DNA of 64,000 nt from Takakia lepidozioides (Eukaryota > Plantae > Bryophyta), in contig CM060734.1 of NCBI GenBank assembly GCA_030704615.1, forward strand, positions 9,114,001 to 9,178,000, written 5' to 3'. Both the position numbers and the translations under genes were made by a program. How positions within the stretch are numbered: position 1 is the stretch's first letter; the number at the start of each line of letters is the position of its first letter. The notes under the pieces were generated by a model. That model made no database searches, was not told the DNA's origin, and saw only the letters and a list, made by a program, of their open reading frames with translations. Positions 37,740 to 51,335 of this stretch are shown here, piece after piece.

Positions 37740-39095
37740 GGGGAAGAGTGAGCTGCAAATCGTGCCCAGTAGAGAGCTTCGTGAGTAAGGGGGCCAGAGG
37801 GGGGGGTGGGCAAAGGCCCTCCCTTCCCAGATGTGTTGGATAGCACTTCTTGTGGCTCCAAAAATACAGTCTCTGTGATGTGGACTGGAGAATGTGTGCA
37901 TGTCCATAGGACATGTCAGTGGACTGGAATAATACAAGTGAGTGAGCTGAAATGTGTTGATAAGTAAGGCAATGATATCATGTGGTATTGTGTGATGTGC
38001 GCATGCTGTTTCAAGTCTGGCGATGGATCGTGGTTTCTTGGGTGGGGTGTCCTTGAGGTATCGGTCAATTAGCCAATATATTTCGGTAGCAAAGTCTTGT
38101 TTCGGGGGTTGTAGGGAGTGTAAGTTGTGTTTGTAGCAGAGTACTTTTCCCATAACCATGCAAATCGGTTGTTGGGGATGATCCCCATGAAGCGGCCATG
38201 TGGGGTGTAGATATTGGAAAGACGGGGGCCCATGTGAATAAGTGGTTGACTATGTTGGATATCTTTGTCGGGATTGCATCAGCTATGCAAATGTGTACGT
38301 GGGGGGCAAAGATCGGTTGGTGGACGTATCGGTTGTCCGTAGGTTGAGTGGGGGTGGCGTGTTGATGATGAATATGTGTTAGATAATCGGTGTTGGTATG
38401 TTTATGGAAGGTGGTGAGAAGGGCCCGGTTATGGTCAGGGTCACAATCGTCATGGGGGCCGAATAGATCATCCTCTATAGATGTCATGTGTTATCTTCTG
38501 AGGAGTACCCAGCCCATTTGCAGTGGTAGTATGTATCTAGGCAGGTGGCACCAAAGGCGTCAATTGACGTTTGGGTTTTGACCCCCAATATAGCTTCGAT
38601 GATATAGGCATTGGTGTTGTTTGAGTTGTGTGGAGGGGATGAGTGGGCTTCTGTTGTAATGAGTGGGGAGTTGGTGGGGGGGGGTCTGGTATATCGGATG
38701 CGGGGGTTGATCCTATATAGAGGGTATATAGCGGAGGTGATGTGTTTGAGTAAATTTTGCCCACTCACGATCAGCTGCAAATGGAGATTTATGTATACCA
38801 TTGTATGTATGGCCCAGTAGGGCAATGTCTTTGTTAAAGTCACCTGCAAGGGTATATTGCTGAGAGTGGGTTGAGGGTGGTTGAGTGTTTTGGATATGCT
38901 GAGTAGGATATCCGGAATTAGAGGTAGATCATGAGTGTGTGATGGCATGTATAAGTGTATGAGGGTAATAGAGGGGAGCGCGGGGAGGTGTATAAGTTGG
39001 ATGATTTGGAGGTGCGACCATAGGGGGAGATCGACAGGTATTTTAATCATGGTACTAGGGGAGTGATGTGTGCGGACCCAACACACGAAACACAA
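37740..39095 (-). pseudogene. Retroelement-like fragment: possible AP-endonuclease piece, chromodomain and PCIF1-like methyltransferase motif
   Basis: IHLYMPSH; YIIEAILG...YYHCKWAGYSSEDNT* (chromodomain; stop at the Trp position); YSSPLTC...FSS...DCIFGA...WEGRAFAHPP. Confidence 0.55.
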
Positions 39096-39369
39096 AAATA
39101 AATATCCAAAATGTCCTAGTTAACTAAAAGCAGGTGATTCTAGTTAACCATGACTAACCATGACATTTAAAAAGACAATTTAAAATATGATCTAATTAAT
39201 TGTTGCAAAAAGAAATTATAAAGAAAAATAGGGTATTATGAAACAAAGGGTTTTACAATATTACCTAAAGATAGGGTGGAAAAAAATGCAAAATTTTAAA
39301 AATATCGCCTAGTATAAATATACCTTTGTACGCACGTGATATGGAAAAAATACATATAGTGACCCCCCC

Positions 39370-42320
39370 CACCCCCCCCTGGAAGTGCTTAAAAACCCTG
39401 GGTACCCACTTTGCCAACAATGCAATGATTTGAGCTTGAGGGTCTATGATCCCCAAGCCACCATTTTTTTTTTTTTGGGTGAGCTGAGTCCAGCTGACCA
39501 GTGCTCTGCGGGTTTGATCAGGACTGGTGGCTCCCCAAATGAAATTACGAGCTAGAGCCTTGATTTTTTTTATGATGTCTTCTCCAGGAGACCATACCGA
39601 AGCATTGAACCAGCAGGAAGCCAAGAGCACTTGGTTGACTATAAGGGCTTTACCCACAATGGATAGATGCACCGAGCTCCAATAAGCCAAATTCTTCCTA
39701 AAGTTGGAAAGAACCTCTTCAGATCTCTGGCTGTCAGAGAGGTTGTGACCAATGAGGTGCCCTAGCAGTTTGTGAGAGCAGTCGTCTTGCAACCAAGAGA
39801 GGCCTATATCATCACCCCAGCTCGGGCAATGAGCAGCCCTGGATGGGTCTTTGATCTTAGAGAGAATCCCTCTGGATTTATTCCAATTTATGCTAAGACC
39901 CGAGGCACCAAAAAAAGAGGAGAGAGCTGCCAGACAATTGTGAACATTGGATACGGAGCTGTTGTCCAGCAGTAGAGTCGTGTCATCAGCATAAAGAGAG
40001 GACTTAACACTATAGTCGGGCTGCAAAGGATGGGGAATTTTCAAACCAATGATGTCAGATTGCTTTGCCAGCAAGTGACTAAGTCCATCTGCAGCAATTA
40101 TGAAAAGAAAAGGCGACAGGGACAGCCATGTCTTACCGAACGAAATAAAGGGAATGACTCGGATAAGGCTCCGTTCACAATGACTTTGCTGGAGGCGGAA
40201 CGTAGCAGGATGTTGATCCAAGAAAGAAAATTCCCTTTGATTCCACATTTCACATTTAAACCCTAAACCCTAAACCCTAAACTTGGTACGCAGAGAGAAC
40301 ATTCTCCTGGTCACTGGAGAGCTGGAGAGATATATCTCGCTTACTGAACAATTTGGAGAAGTGGGAAGCAGCCAAGGCTGACATTTCCTTTGGCTTTGAA
40401 TGAGAGAAGCCTGAAGAGTCAGACAGGAACGAAATGGAGGTATAGCGAGTCATTTTCTCCCCCTTCAATGACCAATTTATACCCGCCTTCCGTCTCAAGT
40501 TTTCCTCTTTAGCATGCAACATCTCAGCCAGATTCCTTTTGGCCAAAAAGTATGAATCCTAGGTCTGCGAAAGAGCCAGGTCACTCTCAGTAAGTTTTTG
40601 GCATACAGCTAAGCACTTTACCAGGTTTTTCTCCTTTCTATTTTGGTTCGTTGCATGAGCCCTTGATATGGATTGACCCAGTCTCCGAACAGAGCCAAGT
40701 TTTTTGAGGAATCTCACCGTGGGGGAAGAGAACTCATTTCCAGAGGAAGACCAGACATCCCTAAGCAACTGTAGATAATCAGGGACCTGTAAGATCGCAG
40801 GGTTGAGCTTGAAGAAGCCACGGCCTTTGGAATGGGCCCCAGGAAGAGCCAGGTTGATGCGGATTGCAGCATGGTCAAACCCAGGCAGAATGGGGCCCAA
40901 AGGATCAGGCCTATCCCAAATGAGCGGGGTCAGGGAACAGTAAAACCTGTCAAGGCGGGCCATACAAAGCTCTGGGGGTTTGCAACTGTTGGTCCATGTG
41001 AAGCTTAACCCCGAAAGCGTGGGTTCGAAGGAATCTTGAAGACCAACAGAAAGGCACAAAGCATCCCAAGAGTCATTCTCTTCTAAAGATAAGGGCTGAT
41101 AATCAGACGAAAGCCTATCAATTTGACTGTCAACCATGTTCAGGTCACCATCAAGAACCCAGTGCACAACATTCGGGAAATCCAGGATCTGAAGCCCAAT
41201 GAAGGTCCAAAATTGGATTCTTTCAGCTGAAGAATTCGGGGCATAAACATTTATAAAAGCAGAGGCACCAAAGGCCGAGTCAGGCTTAGTGAAAATAACT
41301 TGAATTCTCCCTTGCATCCAGGAGCTAACTGACGAGACAAACTGCATCATTGGCGGGGAGACAAGGATTGCGGTGCCGCCCCTGGAGTTGGCAATGGTTG
41401 GATTCCACCAAGCCGCATTTGAAGGCCAGAAGGAGGAGCCCAAGGCCTGAATCTTAACTGAATCCAGCTTGTGTTCTTGAAGGAAGATGATGGAGTTTTC
41501 CTTTTGAAAGGGGGCAGCCCACCTTTGGAGGCGACGGCGCTTGGGTAGGGAGGCATCAGACCCGATGCCTCTTATGTTCCAAGATAAAAGGGAGCAGTTC
41601 ATGTTGGGTCAGCTTGAAAGCCCATGGAGAATCCACGAAATGATGGCTTAACGAAACAGATCACTGATGAAGCTTCCAAAAATATCCTTGGAGGAGCATG
41701 GAGTGTCGCCAAAGCTGCTGAGCAGCTGAGAGGGCCGCCCAACTGGGAAAGAGTGACCCCATCCATTGAAGAGCTGAATTGAAGAACCCCATTCAACAGG
41801 CCTGAAAAAGCCCTGACCCAACCTGAAGGCAGAGTGCCAGCCACACCGCAGATGATGACGCAAAGCAACCCCCGACCGTGACACCCATAGGCAGGAAACC
41901 AGGTCACCCCCAAGCATAGAAAGGAGCAACAAGAAGCAGCGGCAGCAGCAGGGAGGCATCCTATTCCCGAGAGGCTGCTATAAACAAAAGGAATTTTGCC
42001 AAGGCTCACCCGGGGGGGGGGGGGGGGGGGGGATGGGATGGAGAGATCCATTGGTGTGATGTGGACTGACTCTGTCTCCACCTCCTGCACATTCACCACC
42101 ATGAGGCCGTCGCTAGAATGGGGTCGCTCCAGAGAAGAAGCGTATCTCTTGGCTTTTTCCGTTGCCAACACCAGCTTTCTTCCTGCAGAATACACCTTAG
42201 AAAGCCAGGGATAGTTTGATGGCAGCCCAATCTCCACAGGAAAAGAGTCATCAGAGTTGAAAACCATGTTTCTGTTGAGACCCAACTGGTATAAAAAGCT
42301 GAAGAATACTCTAACACTAG
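39370..42320 (-). mobile_element. L1-like LINE remnant (ORF1 tail, AP endonuclease 40559-41602, partial RT)
   Basis: SWNIRG, FLQEHK, NVYAPN, GDLN, RLDRFY and DH motifs; LSPFLF, YADDTTL, SINWNKS and GGLGI motifs; central RT segment missing. Confidence 0.92.
40257..40282. repeat. Interstitial plant telomeric repeat (CCCTAAA)3+
   Basis: TAAACCCTAAACCCTAAACCCTAAAC. Confidence 0.85.
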
Positions 42321-43397
42321 GAACAGACTGATACTGAAAAAAAGAAGTAATACCGCCGAACAGTGGTCAGAGTGTCAGAGGGTCAGAGGAGGAGGAATGT
42401 TTTGGCTGTGCGCTGGCAAGATCATTTGCATTGTCGAGTCAACGATCGAGGAAGAGACAAGAGACGGGATCATTGTAGGCTGTACCTACCTACATTGTTG
42501 CTATGTTGTTGCCAAGTTGAAATTCTTGGCCTTCAAAGCTTTGTAATGGCTTCTTGATCTGGTCTGGCCCCCACACGCTTTGCTGGTGGGACTTGGCAAG
42601 AAGTTGACCGAAGGCGGTGTGGTAAGTGGTATAACTATCTAAGGAGATGAAGATGTTTGGCTTTCTGGTTGTTGTAGAGGTCGCCCCCAGGTGCCACCCG
42701 TGAACCTGAATATGCCTGCATGCAAGGGAGGAGATTATGCCTCAAATGTAGCCTGTCTGCCCCAGCCAGCACCCGTATGGACTATGGACCCCGGTGGTAA
42801 GACCTTTTGACGGTTTTATCTGTGAATCATGTATATAGCCGTCTCTCAGAGACTCCCAAGCTTGGGGTAGTGGACCCTTGAATCGTTCTCCAGTGGATCT
42901 GAAGAGTGGGTGTGTTACAAGTCGAATGATCTATCCGTGGTCTGGGTATATCTAGTTGGTTGTCCTCGTAACACGTTACACATTAGACGTCAAGCTTGTG
43001 TGCATTTGTGTTAGTGTCTCTGTGCCTCGCGCCGTTTTGAGCAACGTGATCAAAACGCATTTGTGACAATAAGGCAACCCACTGTACTTTCCTCTTGTTT
43101 CCTGCGATTTTCTTGGACCTCCATGCAACTCTGCCTCTAGGAGGCCAGATCGGTCGCGGTGTGCGTTGGGAGGAGATACATTGAAACGCACGCAGGGTTC
43201 GATTCACATTTCGTAGAAGGAGAAGGAGAGGTGCAGTGACGGGCGGCGCTTGATTATGTATGAAACAATCAAAAGATACCGAGGTGTTCTCATGAGCCGT
43301 GATTCTTTTCCTTTACAATAGACGCCACCGGAATTTCTGGGGGATATAACCCACTTGGTTTGGTGACACTTTTGAGATCGAAACTGCGACAGCAAGA

Positions 43398-44420
43398 ATG
43401 GGGTACTTCTTACCTTCACACATGGATCAAGGGCTCATCTTTGTGGTCCTGGGAGTATGGCACATTGCCAATACTCTACACAGCTACATAAAGTACCCCA
43501 GAGACTTTAGGGCGAGGCCATGGTTTCCAGTTCCACAGCTTCCGGGCTTACTCAGATGTATGGAGCTATGGGTTTTGTTATTCATAGTGGTGCTCTTCAT
43601 GGGGAAGCAGCTGTCACACGCGCAGCCAGATTTGATCTCGGGGGTTATACAATCTGCGCACATGCAACGATTCCAGCATGTTACATTTGCAGTCTTCTTC
43701 TTGACTTACGTGATTGCAGGCATAGTGAGCGAGAATTCGACCGTGCTACCCCTGCCCAATGGGGTCCTGAATGCCACATTCGCACTTGGTTTTTTGATGG
43801 AGCTTCTTGTGTTTAAATTTGGGCATCACCCCGGAGATGACCTCGAGCACTTTGTGCACATGCTGATGGAGCTCATTTTGGCGTGTCTGGTAATCTTGAT
43901 GTTTCTTGAGAATCTGTGGCCACGCAGCATTCTCATTGCCGTCGCACGATGCATGGTCCTCACAATGAAAGGCACATGGTTCTTCCAAATTGGTTTTCTG
44001 CTCAATATCCCTTACTACATTCCCTTGGGATGCAGCACGACTCCAGAGAAGGATTTTCCAGTTTGTGAGGGCGCTCCCGCTCAAATGAGGGCCAAGTCAC
44101 TGCAGGTTCTTGTTTTTGGGTGGCAAGCATCTGGGATTGTGATGGCGACTTTTGTTGGCTATGCCTTGATGCTACACTACTTGCATCCACGGCTTGTGCT
44201 AACTCCAAAAGGAGCAGTGACTCCAAAAAGTGGCCTTACTCCAAGAAGCAAGGATCTTAGCCAACTAGCGTACTGTGTTGTTGATACTGGTGATGACTCT
44301 GACGATGGTGACGAAACCGATGAGCTTGATGCCGATGGAATCCCCATGCTTAGCACCCGTCCCCGCTCATTGTCTAGGCGCATGGGCAGCAGAAATGCGA
44401 AGGTACCTCCCAATGTATAG
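43398..44420 (+). CDS. DUF716 / TMEM45-like multi-pass membrane protein, single exon, 340 aa
   Basis: Intact ATG-to-stop ORF with several hydrophobic segments; family-like motifs GVWH, PWFP, QH-TF, ELLVF-FGHH and GTWFFQIGF. Confidence 0.85.
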   Translation: MGYFLPSHMDQGLIFVVLGVWHIANTLHSYIKYPRDFRARPWFPVPQLPGLLRCMELWVLLFIVVLFMGKQLSHAQPDLISGVIQSAHMQRFQHVTFAVFFLTYVIAGIVSENSTVLPLPNGVLNATFALGFLMELLVFKFGHHPGDDLEHFVHMLMELILACLVILMFLENLWPRSILIAVARCMVLTMKGTWFFQIGFLLNIPYYIPLGCSTTPEKDFPVCEGAPAQMRAKSLQVLVFGWQASGIVMATFVGYALMLHYLHPRLVLTPKGAVTPKSGLTPRSKDLSQLAYCVVDTGDDSDDGDETDELDADGIPMLSTRPRSLSRRMGSRNAKVPPNV

Positions 44421-46089
44421 GTGGTGGATGGCGTCTCGGCGCCGCAAGACCTCTGTTGAACTTCAACATGTAATCCGTGTCCTCGGCGAAGGTATTGGAG
44501 ACCTTGTTGTGTACTGTTGATGCAGAATAGGATTTTTTGCCGTTATCTCGAATGCCGCCATCTCTTTCCCAACCTCGCACAACTGGTAATCCTAATTTTT
44601 CCATCTATTGTGGACTGTGCTAATCGAGATGATGAATCTGGGTGGCTTACGAAGTTGGGGCTAAGCAACAATTTTATTGCAGATGCTGTCTCCCAGTGCA
44701 GATGCCTCTTGATCTCACTTTCCTGTCAGTGATCAAGCTATTATTTGGTTCTGTTGTGCTTATCCCTCTGTGTGACCTCCGTCCCCTATGACCAAATGGC
44801 CAGTCTGTTCTGGGGGCATCGGTAAACTGGAGAGTCTATTATCATCAGCGGCTACTACATTAGGGCAGTTTGCGAGTTCGAGCAAGGGAACTATGTCTGG
44901 GCAGTGTGAGTCCGGGGAGTGTGAGCTGGCTTGGCACATGAGAATCAGTTGCGAATCGAGATAGTGAAGAAGGTGCATACAAGCAGCAACGTGGTAAGAG
45001 ACATGGTCCTGCGCACGAAAAAGATCACAGAAGGCGTGCAACGTCTCTTGTGAGTTTTTTTCCGTTTAAAAGGCACAGTTTTGAGATCTGCCCCACATTT
45101 TGTTTCTGGGGACACCTTTGAGACACATCAATGTTGGGTTAGGTCATCAATGGATTTGAATTTTCTCTCATACCAAACTTGCTCTATGAATACGTAGTTA
45201 TATACTTGTTCCTCTGTTTGGAAAAGGAAACGGTGCTGGCCACAGTCAGTGTAACTATTCCGAGCCTTACCTCCAGAAGGTGGTTGTCCGTCTGAGGAGT
45301 CTTTCCTAACTGCGTGCTGCTTTCATACTCGCAAACCAACTGAGCACAACTTGCAAAACCCTTATTGATTTCTAGTCCACTCTCTCTGCTCCAACGTTGG
45401 TTGTATATTGAATACTAGCAATGGTTCACTATAGACTTGCCTGCCATTGCTTCCTGTTCGGACATTGACAAGGCCTTTTAAGAACCATCACTAAAGTTAA
45501 GTTTGTAAGCTGTCTTCGGCTGATTGCTCTGATTCTCTGATTCTCTGATTATTTGTTGGTGCTTTGTGTTGCTTTTGGTGGCTGTGTGAACTGAATCATC
45601 TCAGTGCATGAACTATCTGCTTGATAAGTGTAGGACAGTTGCACGATTGCAGTACATTATTATGCACACAAGTTCTGAGCACAGCTACTATGCGTTGGTC
45701 ATATGGGAGTGAACCATGTACCACAAGAGAGGCTTCCATCTCTGGTGGTTTGTACTTGTGTACGAATGATGGCCCTCTTCAAATCAATCAGTAGCTTCTT
45801 GCCTTTCTTTCATAATCCTGATTTCTTCATCAAATTGAACACACAAATGCATCCACAAGACCAAACAAATTACAATACATCTATCTCACCAGCTAAACCT
45901 CATTTTATGTTACTACAGTCATATCTTTCTGAATCCAATACCAGTACTAGTCAGAATATCATGTTGCAGAGTAATCAATGGACCGTGTTCTCGAATTGTA
46001 ATAATACAAAAAGGCTCTCCCTCTACATTGTATTTTTATCCTCGGTCTTGAAATACCAGAAGGATAAAATGCCTACAATCTCTCCTCCC

Positions 46090-47560
46090 ATACCAAGAAT
46101 GAACAATGGCTTAGCACGAATCATGCTGTGCAAAACAGAGTATAGAGTTTCCAGGTTACCTTTTATCTTGTCAACACAGCCTTCACAAAGACAGGCCTGT
46201 GTATAGAGATTATGAGTGTTCCTCAACCAAGTGCAGCAAACGGCTGCACCTCACTTCACCCCATTAGCCAAATCTCTGATTACAGAAACCGTGTTCCCAA
46301 TAGGTATAAGTAATCATGTATTCTTCAACCGCTGGCAATAGTCTTCTGCCTGTGCTTCATACATATCAATTTCCAGCACCAAAGGGTAAATTTGTGTGGT
46401 GCTACCAAGAGCGAGGCCACATCCAAGAGAAACCAGGAAGTATATGAGCTGAAGATAAACGAAATTCTAACATAAGGCATTGGCTACAGGGGATCAGTTA
46501 GCAAGAGCAATGTATGTGACCGGATCATGTAGAAGGTGTATACATGTACTCCCGTATACTGTCTTACCATGGCCCATAACATCAGAATCATGTTGGGTAA
46601 AACCAAAGTACTGAGTTTCCAGGTTACCTTGTAACTTGTCAACATCGCCTTCACAAGTCAGGACAAGCATGAGTATAGGAATTATCAGTGTACTTCAGCC
46701 GATGGCAGCACACTGCTGCACATTATTTCACCCAGTTAGCCAATTTTCTAGTTACAGAAGCAAATTTCCCATAGATAAAATCATACCATATTAGGGATTT
46801 AGTGCTCCATATTACTGACATGGAGGTAAGGTGGGCTGATACCTCATGGTCAAGTGATCAATGGCATAACAAGAATACAGTTGGACATGTAGAGTCATGA
46901 CTTTTCCATGTTACCTCTTAGCCGTTGAACAAGCTGTTGTTTCCAGGTTACCTTTTATGTTGACAACATAACCTTCACAAAGCTGGACAGGCATGGCTTT
47001 CAGCTTGTCAACATAGCCTTCACATAAGTGGACAGGCAAGAGCATAGGAATTATAAGTGTTCTCCTGCCAATGGCAGCAAATTGCTGCACATCATTTCAC
47101 CCTATCAGTCACATTTAACCAGGGAAGGATCCTTGTTCGCGAGGAATCTTATACTGATGTGAGTCAGCTTACTAGTTTCAGAATTAATTTTCCAAGGGTA
47201 TGAATCAGTACATAACTTTCTTTCCAAGCCGTATTAACGTTGCTGGAAAAATACAGGAATGGAGAAGCCCGTGAGATCACCATATTAATACTGATTCACC
47301 GGTCTATTCCAGCCACATATTACACTTGGGCAATTTCTAGTGGTGCTACAGGGAGCGAGGCCACATACAAGAGAAACATAAAAGCTTAAGAGCCGGAAGG
47401 TATCTAAGAGTGACATGAGGCATCGCCTACAAGAGACAAGCTAAACAGAGTAATGTACATTGACCGGATCATGTAGAAGGTGTACACATATACTTGATTA
47501 TGCTGTCTGACAAGGGCCTAGCTCACAATATCAGCTTTCAGGTCTACCTTAGAAACTCCG
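46090..47560. repeat. Degenerate tandem array with core TTTCCAGGTTACCTT...TGTCAACA...CCTTCACA
   Basis: Core recurs near 46149, 46617, 46940 and 47003; GACCGGATCATGTAGAAGGTGTA at ~46519 and ~47462; inverted relative at ~63900-63970. Confidence 0.7.
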
Positions 47561-48344
47561 TGCTTATGATGTTTTTTTCTCCAAGCTCAAATCACCAACA
47601 AACTCTTGTTGTACAAGATTATACCTTACTAGTATCCCATGGCTTTGAGCCCATAACTCCAATCTGGAGTGCCCTTGCTGGAACTCCCTTGGCTTTGAGT
47701 TCATCACTCCAAATCGGAGTGTATTTGCTACCCTTCTGTCAAAGCCAAAGAAATGTAAGTACATCAACATGAGAGAGACGGAACAAAAAATGAGAGGGGT
47801 AGATGGTGTGTACAAACACCTCATAAGTACACTGGTCAAAGGAAGAGAGGGAAGATATTAATGTCATGTCAAGACACAGACAAGACCAGTAGGGTCATTG
47901 TTAATTAAAGACATCATCAGCCCTTTACAGGGCACCATCTAATACCTCCTTCCATGCACATCTCCTCAAAATAATTAGGGTGGGAGGGTGGGGTCTTTTT
48001 CATAAGAGAACAACCATATGCCAAGAGCAGGAATGGGTTTGAGGAGAGTATGCAATTGCCATACAATCAAAGGGACCCAAAGATTACAATTTTTTGTTGT
48101 TTGAAGCACGTTGAGCATTTAAATACAAGCTGGAGGTATTCCAATAGCTTACAGCAAATAGACAAAGGGCTTTGGTTTTGCTGGCCTCCAAGAAACTTTC
48201 AAGTAATTACCAGGTGACAGGCTCATTCAAGAATACTGGTTTGGTAATCTTAAGACTCAAGCAGCTTAGAAATTGAATGTAATAAGCTTAACAGGTCAGG
48301 TGGAAACCATTCAGCCATGTCTAAGAATGTAATTTGGGAGTCTC

Positions 48345-48585
48345 ACGCCAGCAACCTTTAGCACGCTAATGAACTGCCTCTTTCAGGAGTGGTTAGATGA
48401 TTTTGTGATCGTGTACATCGACAACATCTTGGTGTACTCGAAAACAAAAGAAAAGCACCTGGAGCACCTCAAAAGGGTGTTCCGAAAATTGCGAGAATGG
48501 AAGCTTTATGCCAAAGCTTCAAAGTGCAAATTTGGGGTTACAAAAGTGGAGTTCCTGGGGCATGTGATTACACAGGATGGGATGT
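48345..48585 (+). pseudogene. Isolated Ty3/gypsy reverse-transcriptase fragment
   Basis: PATFSTLMN...FVIVYIDNILVYS...HLEHLKRVF-KLRE-KLYAKASKC-F...FLGHVI. Confidence 0.9.
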
Positions 48586-49826
48586 ATACCAGATGCCTGT
48601 CAAAATGCTGCCATGTTTAATGCTAAATTCAAACAGGTCTGATCTGCAATCAGCTTTCATCTGCAATCAGGTTATGAACACAACCATTGATGGGGGTCTT
48701 AGAAAAAGGTCCACCTTATACCTTTCCTAGTACATCTATGTTGTTAACAAGGCAAACCAGTTTGCTGCTTGTGCCTCCATAAAGCCACAACACTTTAATA
48801 AAGGCCTGAAGATGGTGTACCAGGCTTTGTCAAAAAATGCCACCATGATCAATCTTGTAACCAGATGTCTTTATCACTGAAATCACAGGGCATTCACTAG
48901 GAAGCATTGCATAAGACCTTCTTCATAAGCTAAACCAAAACCAAAAAATGAGGTCAAAGATTAAAGCATATCCCCATTGAAGCCTTTTTCTGAAGCGGTA
49001 GTGTGCAACGACAGTAGAATATCGCAACCCACTCATCCATTCTGCTCAGTCCAGATCACCTACAAGCTCTGTAAATCACATCAGTTTAAGTCCCTCACAT
49101 GCGCCCGTCCCAAAAACAAACACAAAAAAAAATTTGTGCGTTAGTGAGCAATGACGCAATGGCGTGAGCGTACGCTCACGCAGGAGTGACGTGGCGTGAG
49201 CGTGCACCCACGCTGACGTGGCGTGAGCATGATGTCAGCAAGTTGATATGGCGACAAATGCTGATGTGGCACTGCGCCGTCATCTGCCACGTCAGCATGA
49301 ACATGCGCCGCCTATAACCGAGGATGGTCCTATGACCGTGGGATTAATGCAGGGAATCTTTGGCTAAATACAATGAAGACTACCATGGTTCCTACAATTG
49401 TAGCATCCAACATTGTGCAATTACAAATTTTTGTTTCACTTTTACAATTACAAGGACGAGAAAATATCCTCACAAAGTATGCGCCATAGAGGCTGTCACG
49501 GAAAGTCCTTGCTCCCTCCCCAAATAACAATGAGAACTAGGATCATCTTCAAAAGATGATTGCAGTGCATAGCGACAGGAAAACATGTAGACTTCGAAAG
49601 GTGCAATGATGCATGTACTTTTAAAAGTTGTCACTCAGAGCTCACTCAGTATAGTTGGAAGCATAATGGAGGGATAAGGGACGTCATATCATTGCACCGC
49701 CGACGATGTTGCAAACGAATTGATTTGAATTGAATTTCTATGACAATGTTGCAAATTGCACATTTCATAGCATGGTCGTACACATACCACATTGTATAGC
49801 AGATGCTACCTATATGTTGTATCTCG

Positions 49827-50640
49827 CTACAATAGAGTATCGACCTCGTTGAAACTCAAAGTGGCTTGGTGAACGAAGTTGTCACGTTTGGGATCGCAAA
49901 CCATCATCTTCAAAAATATGAAATACAAATGTTTGCAGGGTATGAATTTACCTCTCTTGCCCAAACTGGTTGATAGCATATTCACAAAATCAGGACATGT
50001 GCAATTGGGGAAATTGGAAACCGTGATGTCGTAGGCCCTGTCATGAACAGCAGATGTCGAAGTGATCATTGTGTATACCCGACCATATCTTGGATCGGGC
50101 GCTTCCGTGGTGCTTGCAACACGAGCTTGGAGCATTCTTGCGGACTCCACTTTGCCGAAGTGTTCAGCGGTTGGATTGAAACGCCGAACCAGCTTTCCAT
50201 CTCGTTTGGTTGGCCACAAGTGAGGATTTGCCGGAGGGACCCGAGAGGATGCAGAAGTAAAAGCACATGCATGCAGTTGGGGTTGTCTCGCAAGGGAAAA
50301 ACCTGCCTCCTCCAGCATTGCAATCTCCTGACTCGTGAGATGTGTTCCCACCTGGACGGGCCAAACGGTTGGAGGAACTGGCTTCATCACCACGGAATGA
50401 TACACAGTTCCATGCACACATCTATCGTCTTGATGCTGGAGCCTGCCGTCGTGTCGGAGGTTCTTCCAGAATGGAGGTTCCGGACATGGATGTCATGCAG
50501 GGGAACACGAGGCTTCGAGAAGTTATCACGGTCTGCCCTGTGCGAATCGGAATCCGAACCAGGTGGGATGTTCAATTTCCTCTTACATGAGCCGAATCTC
50601 TCCCCTTCAAGATGTGGAATTCTAGAAACAAGTGGAGGTC
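49827..50640 (-). pseudogene. SWIM zinc-finger protein fragment
   Basis: YDITVSNFPNCTCPDF...FIPCKHLYFI (CxC...CxH). Confidence 0.75.
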
Positions 50641-50670
50641 CCTGGGCATACAACAAAAAAAAAAAAAGAA

Positions 50671-51335
50671 CAGAAGTGATGATCGGCGGCACCGACCATC
50701 GCATCCACCCAAATGCCAAATGCCAAAAGCCACCTTAAATTTATATATATATATATATATAATAATAAATCAGAAAGTGATGATCGGTGTCACCGATAGA
50801 AGTGATTGTCGGCACCGACCATCACATCCACCCAAATGTCGAATGTCAAAAACCAAAATTTATTATAAAATAAAAAATAAAAAATAAAAAATGATGATCG
50901 GCGACATTGACAGAAGTAATGGTCGGCACCGACCATCGCATCCGCCTCAATGCCGAATGTCAAAAGCCAAAAAAAAAGATCGGCGGCACTGACAAAAGTG
51001 ATGGTCGGCACCGACTATCACATCCACCCAAATGCCGAATGTCAAAAGCCAAAAGCCAAAAAAAAAAAAAAAAAACGGAGAGTGGTGATCGGTAACAGAA
51101 GTGATGGTCAGCACCGATCATCACATCCACCCAAATGCCGAATGACAAAAAAAAAAAAAAAAAAAAAAAACGGAAAGTGATGATCGGCGGCACGGACAGA
51201 AGTGATTGTCGGCACCGACCATTGCATCCACCCAAATGCCGAATGTCAAAAAAAAAAAATGATGATCGGCGGCACTGGCAGAAGTGATGGTCGGCACCGA
51301 CCATCGCATCCGCCCAAATGCCGAATGTCAAAAGC
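50671..51335. repeat. Minisatellite, about 7 units of AGAAGTGATGGTCGGCACCGACCATCGCATCCACCCAAATGCCGAATGTCAAAA separated by poly(A)
   Basis: Directly visible repeats. Confidence 0.9.

Noticed and set aside
50671-51335. CRISPR-like array (palindromic repeats with spacers)
   Set aside because: Spacers are poly(A) or AT tracts of variable length, there are no cas genes, and the context is a eukaryotic transposon
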